Made by a program: the position numbers and the translations under genes
Shown here: positions 1 through 9,241 of the stretch, piece by piece
Layout of the letters: each line of letters opens with the position of its first letter
How positions within the stretch are numbered: position 1 is the first letter of the stretch
NCBI GenBank assembly: GCA_017959365.1
Contig: JAGDAU010000109.1
Coordinates: 1-55,986 of the forward strand
DNA: 55,986 bases
Direction: 5' to 3'
Source of the DNA: Prevotella sp.
GTDB lineage: Bacteria; Bacteroidota; Bacteroidia; Bacteroidales; Bacteroidaceae
The notes under the pieces: generated by a model
What the model was told of the DNA's origin: nothing
The model's input: the letters and a program-made list of their open reading frames with translations, nothing else
The model's database searches: none

Positions 1-120
1 ATAGTGCTAATAGTGCTAATAGTGCAATAGTGCAATAGTGCTAATAGTGCTAATAGTGCTAATAGTGCAATAGTGCAATAGTGCTAATAGTGCAATAGTG
101 CTAATAGTGCAATAGTGCTA
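1..120. repeat. Tandem repeat of ATAGTGC(T)A, 14 units (eight 9-mers, six 8-mers), running off the window start
   Basis: Read directly. The last unit contains the TAG stop (cta, 118-120) of the minus-strand ftcD gene. Confidence 0.97.
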
Positions 121-1815
121 TTGTATTTTATTGTTAACGATTTTTATTATCTCTGTTTCCTTGATTGTGGCTTGAGCTATAATGGAATCGGCTGTTTGTT
201 TCAGTTCTGCCGCTTTTGACTTATCTGTGAGTGAGGCGGCGTTGATTTTGACGTTCATGCCGGCACCTATTATAGCGCTGCGTGCAGCGAGGGCTCCCAC
301 TCCTGCGTCGGTAACACTATTAGGATTACCATTTGTGGCCATCTCCTGGCAGATGTCCAGCACAGGAAGGGTTGCCTGCATGGTTCGTAGAGGCACCTCT
401 GCTGCGTATAGAGTGGCTGCTTGTATGGCTTTATTCCTTAACGCTTTCTCCTCGTCAGTTGTTTTGGGCATTGAGAAAGCAGCCATTACCTTATTGAAAG
501 CCTCTGTGTCTTCGTCAACTAAGTGAAGTAATTCCCGTTGGCATACCTGTCCGCGTTCAGCCCATTGGCTGAATATCTCCCATTGATCATCCCAGCCAGC
601 CTTGTGGCTTGAAAGATTGGCTACCATAGTAGCCAGGGCTGCACCGAGAGAGCCCATGAGGGCAGACACCGTACCACCTCCCGGCGCGGCGCTCTCACGT
701 CCCGTTTCTTCCACAAACTGTGTTACCGTCTTGCTGACCAGCTTGTCAGAGTCATTATCCTCAAGCATCATCTCAATTACTTTCTCTTTGGGATTAAAAG
801 GTTTGAGATCATCCAGTCCCATAGACTTTATCGCGATATTGATGATATCCTCCTCTGGCATGCCAGTAGATCGTTTTTGCATTTTAAGATAGTGTTTTCC
901 TGCGTCAATGAGCGTACGCTTGGGTGTCAGTCCGACGATCTCTGTACCCGTTACCCTCATGCCTCTTGCCTGTGCGCAACGGCTTACCTCATCAAAAGCC
1001 TTATGAAGGGGAGTGGCATTGATGTCGGTAATGTTCATCGATACTTGTGCTATGTGGTATTCGTCGATATACCATCCTATAGCCTTTACACCTTTTAGTG
1101 TTCCCGGTTTCATTACCGGATTGCCATCAGCGTCTCTTATAATCTTTCCTGTAATAGGATTTCCTTCCCTCACAGGTCGTCCTTTTTCCCTGACATCGAA
1201 AGCCACGGCGTTGGCTCTACGGGTGGAGGTGGTGTTTAGATTGAAATTGACAGCAATAAGGAAGTCGCGTGCCCCCACACATATCATGCCAGTACGTCTG
1301 ATGTCGTCATCAATGTCACGTCGTCCGAAGTCTGGTGCCAGTTTATCGTCGGCAAGTTTTTTCTCAATCGCCTCATATTCACCGCTTCTACATACTGCGA
1401 GGTTTTTCCTTTCCGGTGTATAGGCAGCTGCCTCGTAGCAGTAGCATGGTATGCGCAACTCTTCGGCAATACGTTGCGCGAGGTGGCGAGCCATGGCAGC
1501 ACATTCCTCTAATGTGACACCACTGACAGGTATCAGTGGCAGTACATCAGTTGCTCCCATCCTCGGGTGTGCTCCGTGATGGTTTCGCATGTCTATTACC
1601 TGTCCTGCTTTTCTCACTCCTCTGAATGCTGCTTCCACCACGTCTTCAGGTGATCCGACAAATGTTACGACAGTGCGGTTTGTTGCTTCTCCCGGATCTA
1701 CATTAAGCAGCCTCACTCCCTTTACGGATTGTATTTCATCGGTTATCTGTTTGATTACCTGCATGTCGCGTCCCTCGCTGAAATTGGGTACGCATTCAAT
1801 AATACGCTGTGTCAT
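118..1815 (-). CDS. ftcD: Bifunctional glutamate formimidoyltransferase / formiminotetrahydrofolate cyclodeaminase
   Basis: N-terminal IIECVPNFSEGRD, HPRMGATDVLP and QVSMN motifs; C-terminal cyclodeaminase motifs APGGGTVSA and GNPNSVTDAGVG; 565 aa. Confidence 0.93.
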   Translation of the reverse strand: MTQRIIECVPNFSEGRDMQVIKQITDEIQSVKGVRLLNVDPGEATNRTVVTFVGSPEDVVEAAFRGVRKAGQVIDMRNHHGAHPRMGATDVLPLIPVSGVTLEECAAMARHLAQRIAEELRIPCYCYEAAAYTPERKNLAVCRSGEYEAIEKKLADDKLAPDFGRRDIDDDIRRTGMICVGARDFLIAVNFNLNTTSTRRANAVAFDVREKGRPVREGNPITGKIIRDADGNPVMKPGTLKGVKAIGWYIDEYHIAQVSMNITDINATPLHKAFDEVSRCAQARGMRVTGTEIVGLTPKRTLIDAGKHYLKMQKRSTGMPEEDIINIAIKSMGLDDLKPFNPKEKVIEMMLEDNDSDKLVSKTVTQFVEETGRESAAPGGGTVSALMGSLGAALATMVANLSSHKAGWDDQWEIFSQWAERGQVCQRELLHLVDEDTEAFNKVMAAFSMPKTTDEEKALRNKAIQAATLYAAEVPLRTMQATLPVLDICQEMATNGNPNSVTDAGVGALAARSAIIGAGMNVKINAASLTDKSKAAELKQTADSIIAQATIKETEIIKIVNNKIQ

Positions 1816-1848
1816 GATGTTTTTATAGTATTTGTTTTATTTATGATG

Positions 1849-1969
1849 CAAAGTTAAGCATTATTTTTCTACTCCGTTATTTTTTTGCATAAAATTTGTA
1901 TATAATCTTTGTTGTTGATAAAAAAGTAGTCGTTTTTGTTTCTTACTTAGTGAGATTTTATTAATTTTG
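1849..1969. promoter_or_regulatory. Divergent Bacteroidetes -7 promoter elements (TAnnTTTG) for ftcD (minus, 1849-1856) and tamL (plus, 1962-1969)
   Basis: caaagtta and taattttg in an AT-rich intergenic region. Confidence 0.65.
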
Positions 1970-1973
1970 CACG

Positions 1974-4190
1974 ATGATGAAGAGAATGCGTTATACGATA
2001 CAACTGTTATTGGTGGTTGTTATGCTTGTGTTAGCAGGCTGTTCAACCACCAAATACGTGCCTGATGGCAGTTACCTGCTTGAGAAAGTAAAGGTTGAAA
2101 GTGATGACCCCAGCCTTGACGCTGCCACTATGCAACAGTATATACGCATGAAAGGTAACTCTAAATGGTTCTCGGTATTTAAGATACCTCTCGGCACATA
2201 TTCCCTGGCTGGTCGCGATACTACAAAATGGCTTAATCGAACACTTCGTAATGTGGGTGAGGAGCCCGTGGTATATGACACTCTCAAGGCTCTGCAAACC
2301 CAGGAAGACCTCAATAACGCCATGCGTAGTATGGGGTATATGCATTCAAGTGTCAGTCAGAATAATAAGGTTAAGGGTAAGAAACTGACTGTTGTGTACA
2401 CCCTACATCCCGGTGAACCGTATTATATTAGCAGCATGAGTTATGATATACAAGACTCTGCAGTGGCGGCAGTGCTTAATATGAGTGATACCACAAAATG
2501 GGGTCTGCATGCCGGCAGCCGTTTTGTTGTTAATGAGCTTGACGGAGAGCGTAAACGTATCACAAAGATCTTAAATGACAATGGCTTTTACCGTTTTCAT
2601 AAGGATTTTATATTATATACAGCAGACTCTTTGCGTGGTAGTAATAAGGTAAATCTCACATTGCATCTGTTGAAATACCGCCCAACCGGCAGTTCTCCTG
2701 AAATGCCGCATCCCAGGTATGTCATAGACAGTGTGAGGTTTGTGTCAGCCGACAGCTCTAAGGTTAATATCCGTCAGTCGGTGCTTGAGAGCAATACCCT
2801 TATAGAAAGTGGGAAATATTTCAGTTCCACTGATTTGCAGAAAACATACAACAACTTCGGCAGGTTGGGTGCTGTCAGATATACCAATATACGATTTGAC
2901 GAACGTCCAGAAGACGAGAAATTAAATACTACTATTCTGCTGTCGCCAAATAAGGTAAATACTATCTCTTTTCAGCCAGAGGGAACAAATACCTCCGGTG
3001 ACCTTGGAGCAGCACTTTCGTTGACTTATCAGAATAGGAATATCTTCAGGGGCTCAGAGTTGCTGTCAGTGCAATTCAGGGCTGCATACGAGGCTATAAC
3101 AGGTCTGGAAGGCTATGAGAATCAGGATTATATTGAGTATAATGTAGAGACCCGGTTGCAATTTCCTCATTTTGCCGCTCCCTTCCTTTCTCGTGAGTTC
3201 AAGCGTCACTCACAATCTACGTCTGAGTTATCTGTGAGCTATAATGTCCAAAACCGTCCTGAGTTCCACCGTATGGTTTTCTCGGCAGGATGGAGATACC
3301 GTTGGTCTATTCCATCGCGCAATATAGCTTACAGTTACGATGTTCTTGACCTAAACTATGTTTACATGCCTTGGATTTCCCCAACCTTTAAGGCAGACTA
3401 CCTTGACAATGCCACCAGTCGTAATGCCATATTGAGATATAACTATGAGGATCTATTCATTATGCGTATGGGTTTGGGCTTGTCGTGGAACAACGGTTCA
3501 TACGCGCTGAAGGGTAATGTTGAGACAGCCGGTAACCTGTTAAACCTTTCAACAGCTATTCTTGGAGGTAAAAGAAACGAAGAAGGACAACACACCTTGT
3601 TTAATATTGCATACGCACAGTATGCCAAGGCAGATATTGACTTTACAAAAGTTGTGGATTTTGACAAACATAACTCCTTGGCAATGCATTGTGGCCTTGG
3701 TATTGCCTATCCCTACGGCAACAGTGACATGCTGCCTTTTGAGAAGCGCTATTTCTCAGGTGGCGCCAATTCAGTGAGGGGTTGGAGTGTCAGAGGGCTT
3801 GGGCCTGGTAAATTCAAAGGAACAGACGGCAGGATAGACTTCATCAATCAGACGGGCGACATGAAACTCGATCTCAATATGGAATTCAGGACTTTCTTGT
3901 TCTGGAAATTCAATGGTGCCATCTTCGTTGATGCGGGTAATATATGGACGCTGCGCAACTATGAGGATCAGCCCGGTGGAAAGTTTGAGTTCAAGGACTT
4001 CTATAAGGAGATAGCCGTGGCGTATGGTGTCGGTCTGAGGCTCAATTTTGACTATTTTATCATACGTACAGACATGGGTATGAAGGCTATCAATCCTGCG
4101 TATGACAACAGCCATGAGCATTATGCCATTGTACATCCCAAATGGGGGCGTGATTTTGCATTCCATTTTGCTGTCGGTATGCCGTTTTAA
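1974..4190 (+). CDS. tamL: Omp85/BamA-TamA family lipoprotein (TamL-like)
   Basis: Lipobox LAGC, POTRA-like N-terminal region, YFSGGANSVRGW (VRGY-like) loop, FVDAGNIW, C-terminal FHFAVGMPF. Confidence 0.85.
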   Translation: MMKRMRYTIQLLLVVVMLVLAGCSTTKYVPDGSYLLEKVKVESDDPSLDAATMQQYIRMKGNSKWFSVFKIPLGTYSLAGRDTTKWLNRTLRNVGEEPVVYDTLKALQTQEDLNNAMRSMGYMHSSVSQNNKVKGKKLTVVYTLHPGEPYYISSMSYDIQDSAVAAVLNMSDTTKWGLHAGSRFVVNELDGERKRITKILNDNGFYRFHKDFILYTADSLRGSNKVNLTLHLLKYRPTGSSPEMPHPRYVIDSVRFVSADSSKVNIRQSVLESNTLIESGKYFSSTDLQKTYNNFGRLGAVRYTNIRFDERPEDEKLNTTILLSPNKVNTISFQPEGTNTSGDLGAALSLTYQNRNIFRGSELLSVQFRAAYEAITGLEGYENQDYIEYNVETRLQFPHFAAPFLSREFKRHSQSTSELSVSYNVQNRPEFHRMVFSAGWRYRWSIPSRNIAYSYDVLDLNYVYMPWISPTFKADYLDNATSRNAILRYNYEDLFIMRMGLGLSWNNGSYALKGNVETAGNLLNLSTAILGGKRNEEGQHTLFNIAYAQYAKADIDFTKVVDFDKHNSLAMHCGLGIAYPYGNSDMLPFEKRYFSGGANSVRGWSVRGLGPGKFKGTDGRIDFINQTGDMKLDLNMEFRTFLFWKFNGAIFVDAGNIWTLRNYEDQPGGKFEFKDFYKEIAVAYGVGLRLNFDYFIIRTDMGMKAINPAYDNSHEHYAIVHPKWGRDFAFHFAVGMPF

Positions 4191-4283
4191 AGATTTACTA
4201 TTTACGATTTTTGCGTGATTATTTACTTTTTATAGGTACTCAGGCGAGCAAAGCTCGGAGTCCTATTTACGATTTTGATTTCT
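4191..4283. repeat. Intergenic hairpin element flanked by 14-bp direct repeats CTATTTACGATTTT (4198-4211 and 4263-4276)
   Basis: Hairpin ataggtactc-agg-cgagc-aaa-gctcg-gagtcctat at 4232-4266, surrounded by degenerate (g/t)atttac heptamers. Confidence 0.6.
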
Positions 4284-4295
4284 TACTGAATTATA

Positions 4296-5102
4296 ATGTT
4301 GAAATTATTGTCATTAGGTAGTGGAAGCTGCGGCAACAGTTATCTGTTATATACCTCGACAGATGGTTTGCTTATTGATGCTGGCATCAGTTGCAGAAGG
4401 ATACGTAAGGCTTTGAGTGATTATGGTCTTAGTATTCATTATGTGCGTAATATCATCATTACCCACGATCATGCCGACCATATACAGCATGTCGGAATGC
4501 TGAGTGAAAAACTAAACGTGCCGGTATTCACGACATCGGCAATACATAATGGAATAGATAAGAATATCTGTGTTAAAAGGAAAATTCCCGAGAGTAATAA
4601 AAAATTCCTTCATAAAGGAGAGGCAATGTTAGTGGGTGAGTTTGAGGTTACACCCTTTACCGTACCTCACGACAGTACCGACTGTGTAGGTTATATTATA
4701 AAATGCCAGGATACCAACCTTGTCATCATGACTGATGTAGGGCATGTTACCGACGAGATGTGTGATATTCTTCATACTGCTGAAAATCTGATAATAGAGT
4801 CTAATTACGACCAGGAGATGCTTGCTCAAAGCCGTTATCCAGAGTATCTCAGAAAACGGATTTATGGTGACCGTGGCCATTTGTGTAATACAGAGTGTGC
4901 ACAGACTGTTGCGTCTTGCTATGGTACCGGTCTTCGAAATGTGTGGTTATGCCATCTCAGCGAGGAGAATAATCGTCCAGACATCGCTCTTCAGACATTT
5001 GAGGAAGTATTGCTCCAGCATGGTATATCCATTGGTGAACAATTTAGTGTTACAGCACTCAAAAGACGTATGCCAACAGGAATTTTTACCATAAAGAGTT
5101 AA
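4296..5102 (+). CDS. MBL-fold metallo-hydrolase (YycJ/WalJ-like exonuclease family)
   Basis: LGSGSCGN, THDHADH, PHD, TDVG, ESNYD, GHL and HLSEENN motifs. Confidence 0.85.
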   Translation: MLKLLSLGSGSCGNSYLLYTSTDGLLIDAGISCRRIRKALSDYGLSIHYVRNIIITHDHADHIQHVGMLSEKLNVPVFTTSAIHNGIDKNICVKRKIPESNKKFLHKGEAMLVGEFEVTPFTVPHDSTDCVGYIIKCQDTNLVIMTDVGHVTDEMCDILHTAENLIIESNYDQEMLAQSRYPEYLRKRIYGDRGHLCNTECAQTVASCYGTGLRNVWLCHLSEENNRPDIALQTFEEVLLQHGISIGEQFSVTALKRRMPTGIFTIKS

Positions 5103-5117
5103 ATAGTGTTAACAAAT

Positions 5118-5149
5118 TTTGATTTTATAAAATTTTATACTTACTTTTG
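5118..5149 (+). promoter_or_regulatory. Primary sigma promoter TTTG-N20-TACTTTTG
   Basis: Exact Bacteroidetes -33/-7 consensus and spacing upstream of the glucosaminidase gene. Confidence 0.7.
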
Positions 5150-5175
5150 CCCAAATTTCCATCTAAATCTATCAA

Positions 5176-6144
5176 ATGACTAAACTATTTGTATTTATTT
5201 GTTGTGTGTTTTACACCCTATCCGGCGTCGCAGGTCCAGTACAGGGCATGCGAGTAAACACCGCATTTCAGACCTACATCGAGAAATACAAGGATATAGC
5301 CATCCAGCAGATGAGGGAGTATAAGATACCTGCTTCCATAACATTAGCTCAAGGCTTGTTGGAGAGTGGGGCTGGCAGGAGTGAGTTGGCAACTAAGAGT
5401 AACAATCATTTTGGCATTAAATGTCATGGTTGGACCGGACGAAAGTCTTACCATGATGATGACGCCAGTAATGAATGTTTCAGGGCATACAACTCAGCCA
5501 ATGAGAGTTTTGTGGATCATAGTAAATTTCTTTCCCAAAACCGTCGTTACAGCAGTCTGTTTGAATTGAGCAGCAATGACTATAAGGGTTGGGCTAAGGG
5601 TTTGAAGGCATGTGGATATGCCACCAGTCCTGTTTATGCTCAAAAACTTATAGATATTATCGAGCTTTATCGCCTTTATGAATATGACAATGAGGCTGGA
5701 ACAAGCAGAAAGCACCATCACCAGCAGCATCAACAACAGCCGGTTGCACCACGTCAGAATACAGACAATAGGGTAGTGGCTGTTAACAACACCAATGCTT
5801 TGCATGTTATTAACGCATATAACAACAACTATTTCCTGCGTGTCCGTAAGGGTGACACTTTTGCGTCTTTGTCGCAGGAGGTTGGTGTCTCTGCATCTAA
5901 ATTGGCAAAGTATAATGAACGTGACAAGCGTGATGTGCTAAGTGAGGGTGAGGTTATCTTCTTAAAGAAGAAGCAGAAACATGCAGATCACAGATTTAAG
6001 AATCAGCCCCATATTGTAAAGCCGGGAGAGAGCATGTATATGATTTCCCAAATGTATGGAATACAACTGAAGGAATTGTATAAGAAAAATGATCTTTCAC
6101 CAGACTACCAGATTAAGGTTGGTGACAGAATAAGAATATATTAA
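5176..6144 (+). CDS. GH73 glucosaminidase (peptidoglycan hydrolase) with two LysM domains
   Basis: Signal peptide, IPASITLAQGLLESG, NNHFGIKC, GYATSP and two C-terminal LysM repeats. Confidence 0.9.
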   Translation: MTKLFVFICCVFYTLSGVAGPVQGMRVNTAFQTYIEKYKDIAIQQMREYKIPASITLAQGLLESGAGRSELATKSNNHFGIKCHGWTGRKSYHDDDASNECFRAYNSANESFVDHSKFLSQNRRYSSLFELSSNDYKGWAKGLKACGYATSPVYAQKLIDIIELYRLYEYDNEAGTSRKHHHQQHQQQPVAPRQNTDNRVVAVNNTNALHVINAYNNNYFLRVRKGDTFASLSQEVGVSASKLAKYNERDKRDVLSEGEVIFLKKKQKHADHRFKNQPHIVKPGESMYMISQMYGIQLKELYKKNDLSPDYQIKVGDRIRIY

Positions 6145-6225
6145 ATTTTCAGATAGATTTTATATATTTGGTATAATTTTTGCTGCCATAATAGTAAAGG
6201 ATAACATATTAAAAACTTTACTATT

Positions 6226-6876
6226 ATGGCATTTATAGATTACTACAAAATATTAGGCGTAAGCAAGGATATTCCTCAGGCTGATGTGCGTAAGGCATAT
6301 CTGAAGAGGGCGAAACAGTTTCATCCGGATTTGCATCCTGACGACCCAAAGGCAAAAGCCAAGTTTCAGGCTTTGGCTGAGGCTTTCGATGTGATAGGAG
6401 ATCCGGAGAAGCGTAGGAAGTATGATAAGTATGGTGAGCAATGGCGCAATGCTGAGGCATACGAGAATTTCGGAGGTGGTGCTGGTGGCGGATCTCCTTT
6501 TGAGGGATTTGATTTCAGTTCGTTCACTGGTGGCGGTGGCTTCAGTTCTTTCTTCGAGAACCTGTTTGGCAGGAGGCAGTCGCGTGGTTCCCGGCAATCT
6601 CGTCAGGCAACTGGTGAGATGAGTGCTACTGTTAACATTGATCTTTATACAGCGTTGTTAGGGGGAGATAAGGTTATTGTTTTGAGTAACGGTCAGAAGA
6701 TAAAACTCAAGATAAAGCCAGAGACACAGAATGGTACAAAGGTACGTTTGCGTGGTCGCGGCTATGACCGTGGTGACGGTACTTTTGGCGATTTGATTCT
6801 GACGTATAATGTTAAGTTGCCAACCAATCTCTCTGACAGGCAGAAAGAGTTGCTCATGCAAATGTCAAAAGGCTGA
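6226..6876 (+). CDS. J-domain protein (short CbpA/DnaJ class B-like)
   Basis: DYYKILGV, HPD motif, G/F-rich region and a single C-terminal domain with KVRLRGRG; no zinc finger. Confidence 0.85.
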   Translation: MAFIDYYKILGVSKDIPQADVRKAYLKRAKQFHPDLHPDDPKAKAKFQALAEAFDVIGDPEKRRKYDKYGEQWRNAEAYENFGGGAGGGSPFEGFDFSSFTGGGGFSSFFENLFGRRQSRGSRQSRQATGEMSATVNIDLYTALLGGDKVIVLSNGQKIKLKIKPETQNGTKVRLRGRGYDRGDGTFGDLILTYNVKLPTNLSDRQKELLMQMSKG

Positions 6877-6903
6877 TAACCAATGGTTACCAGCCTTTTG
6901 ACA
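6863..6903. terminator. Probable bidirectional intrinsic terminator between convergent genes
   Basis: tgtcaaaaggctg-ataacc-aat-ggttac-cagccttttgaca inverted repeat overlapping the J-protein stop codon. Confidence 0.75.
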
Positions 6904-6921
6904 AATATTTAACAGACCATT

Positions 6922-8367
6922 TTAGTTGGCCCTGCTTACTGAGAGTGATGTGATCTTACCATCGGCATTAAGTCTGCCGGAGACAACATATTTCAATGTA
7001 CTCTTGCCTTGCTCTTTACGTGTCACCTCCTGCGTGGCAGTAAAATTAGCAGTGTATTCATATTTGCCTTCTCCCACCTGACGTTTGGTAACCTTAAAAT
7101 CGTTGTTTAACCTCCAGAGCATATTTGTGATGTCGGCTTGATAGATGTCAGTCATATATTGGGCAGGGCTGCCACTCTTACCAGAATAATTAACGTTCAT
7201 ACCAGCACTTGTGGTGGACTGAAGGCGTCCCTTGTCTTTAGCGTTAATACCTCTGAAGAAACTGCTGAACTGAGATCTTACCTTCTCCACATCTTCTGGT
7301 TTTGCCTGAAGGGCGTTTAGGGACTTGATTTTCTCTTTTGCCTCTTCCGCGTGTTTGCCTTCCGGATGAGCTGTTAAATATGACTTATATGCCTCAATGG
7401 TGTTAGACATTCCTGCAGCTCCCCAGTCAAGTGCCTCAATAAGATCTTCTACTTCTTTTTTATGTGTGGTTTGAGGATATTTAGCCAGAAAACCCTTTAG
7501 TGCTTGAGTGTTTTTACTCTGAGAAGCAGCCTGCCAGTCGAGTTCCTCGCTGTTTTCCTCAGCTTTTTTCTCTTTGTCTTTATCGTTGGCATTCGTCTTC
7601 TTGTTCAGTGTGTCATTAGGATTATATTTCTTCTGTTGTTTCTCCAAGAGACTGTAGATGCTGTCAAGATGTTCACGTGGAGCGTTCTTGTTATTGTCAA
7701 GGTATGTCTGAAGAGCCATTGGGTCATCGGGACTTTTGAGGGCTTTCTCAAAATCCTTCTGCTCTCTTTGGTCATTAGCGTCCTTATAGAAATAAAACAG
7801 AACGGCACACAGTATAGCCGCTATAACGAATGAGATGATTAAAGCCGATGTGCGCCCAGACATGGGTTTCTCATCCTTATTTTCAGCGTCACTATCATTA
7901 TTGTTCTCTTCGTCCCCATTGTCGCTTTCGCTTTTTACCGTGTTTATCTGTTCGGTTTCAATGGCTTCATTTTCTTCCTCTGTGTTTGGGTCGATGACAT
8001 CTTCTTCTTCCAGTTCATCATTGAAATTATCATCATCGATAAATGCCGGACCTTCAGCCTCGTCCTCATTGTCCTCGTCGTCCTGAGTCTCGTTTATGGC
8101 ATTTTCTAATGTATCGGTTTCCGTTCCGTCGTTTGTTTGTTCTTTAGTTACTTTTTCCTGTTCAGTATTCTTTTTGTTCTTTTCTTCTTCTGTCTCTTCG
8201 TCTGCGTCAAAATGGCAGTTGGGGCATATATGCTCATCCTTGAGATACAGGTATCCACAATTCCTGCATCTTATGACATTTCCTGCTATGTGTATGCCGC
8301 ACGAGGGGCAGAGGGGTGCTTTGTCGCTGACTTGGTGTCCGCATTCCGGACATTTTATAATTGCCAT
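6922..8367 (-). CDS. Double zinc-ribbon, single-TM membrane protein with acidic linker, helical repeats and a C-terminal NTF2-like domain
   Basis: Four CxxC pairs, D/E-rich linker, TM segment ALIISFVIAAILCAVLFYFY and three YLxxxPxxxH-type repeats. The NTF2-like fold is inferred. Confidence 0.7.
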   Translation of the reverse strand: MAIIKCPECGHQVSDKAPLCPSCGIHIAGNVIRCRNCGYLYLKDEHICPNCHFDADEETEEEKNKKNTEQEKVTKEQTNDGTETDTLENAINETQDDEDNEDEAEGPAFIDDDNFNDELEEEDVIDPNTEEENEAIETEQINTVKSESDNGDEENNNDSDAENKDEKPMSGRTSALIISFVIAAILCAVLFYFYKDANDQREQKDFEKALKSPDDPMALQTYLDNNKNAPREHLDSIYSLLEKQQKKYNPNDTLNKKTNANDKDKEKKAEENSEELDWQAASQSKNTQALKGFLAKYPQTTHKKEVEDLIEALDWGAAGMSNTIEAYKSYLTAHPEGKHAEEAKEKIKSLNALQAKPEDVEKVRSQFSSFFRGINAKDKGRLQSTTSAGMNVNYSGKSGSPAQYMTDIYQADITNMLWRLNNDFKVTKRQVGEGKYEYTANFTATQEVTRKEQGKSTLKYVVSGRLNADGKITSLSVSRAN

Positions 8368-8430
8368 TGTTTGTTGTGTAATTATGTTGTTAAATCCTGT
8401 TTCCTTTTGTTATTGAATATCTTGTTGTAG

Positions 8431-9123
8431 CTAATGTCGCAATCGCAGTTCTCGTAAGGTGTGTTTTCCTACCAGTCTGCTTTTGTCAACAAGTCCGTTG
8501 ACTCCGTTTATCTTTCCTTTCCCTGTGTACTGCCATGCTGTATAGTCCCTACCGTCAGCCAGTTGTGGCTCTCTGTCGGTGTACTGCGCTATCATTAGCA
8601 GTTTGTAGTCATCCAGCTTGTGCTGGAAATGCTTGTTGTAGAAGTTCGTATAGGTATAGATAAGTGGCTTTGTATGATATGCCTGTTCAAACAGCTTAAG
8701 AAATTTCATCAGACTGTCGCATAAAGCCTGAGTGCTCAATCCTCCTGTAGATTCCACGTCAATCATGGGAATGAGATCTTGATCGTATGCCCGGCATTGT
8801 GTCATAAAATTCTTCAACTGTGTGGCTTGGCTGATTTTGGGTCTGTAGAAGTGGTATGAACCAACTTTCAGACCATAGCGTTTTGCCAGGTTGATATTTC
8901 GTTCATATCTCTGGTCTATTCTGTCGCCTCCTTCCGTTGCTTTTAGGTAAACGTATGACATCTTTGTGTTGTCGCCAACGGTCTCCCAAAACACCTGACC
9001 CTGATAATGACTCATGTCAAGACCATGGATATGGTTACAAGTATCCTCACATTGTATATGGTACTGTGCACTGATGGTCAGAGGCAGTAAAAGTCCTGTT
9101 ATAAAGAGTAGAATTTTTTTCAT
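8431..9123 (-). CDS. GH25 lysozyme/muramidase
   Basis: Signal peptide, GLDMSHYQG, KATEG, GSYHFY, DVE and WQYT motifs. Confidence 0.92.
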   Translation of the reverse strand: MKKILLFITGLLLPLTISAQYHIQCEDTCNHIHGLDMSHYQGQVFWETVGDNTKMSYVYLKATEGGDRIDQRYERNINLAKRYGLKVGSYHFYRPKISQATQLKNFMTQCRAYDQDLIPMIDVESTGGLSTQALCDSLMKFLKLFEQAYHTKPLIYTYTNFYNKHFQHKLDDYKLLMIAQYTDREPQLADGRDYTAWQYTGKGKINGVNGLVDKSRLVGKHTLRELRLRH

Positions 9124-9241
9124 AAATGCAAAGATACGGTTATTAAACCGTATCTCAAAATAATTTAAAAAAAATTATGAGTTTATGAGTTATTATTAAT
9201 GCGAGTTTATAAATATGTTTAGGGGTGTGGGGTGGAGATTG

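Noticed and set aside
1-120. CRISPR array or telomere-like end
   Set aside because: The units are 8-9 bp with no unique spacers and no cas genes. The context is a normal bacterial gene 3' end.
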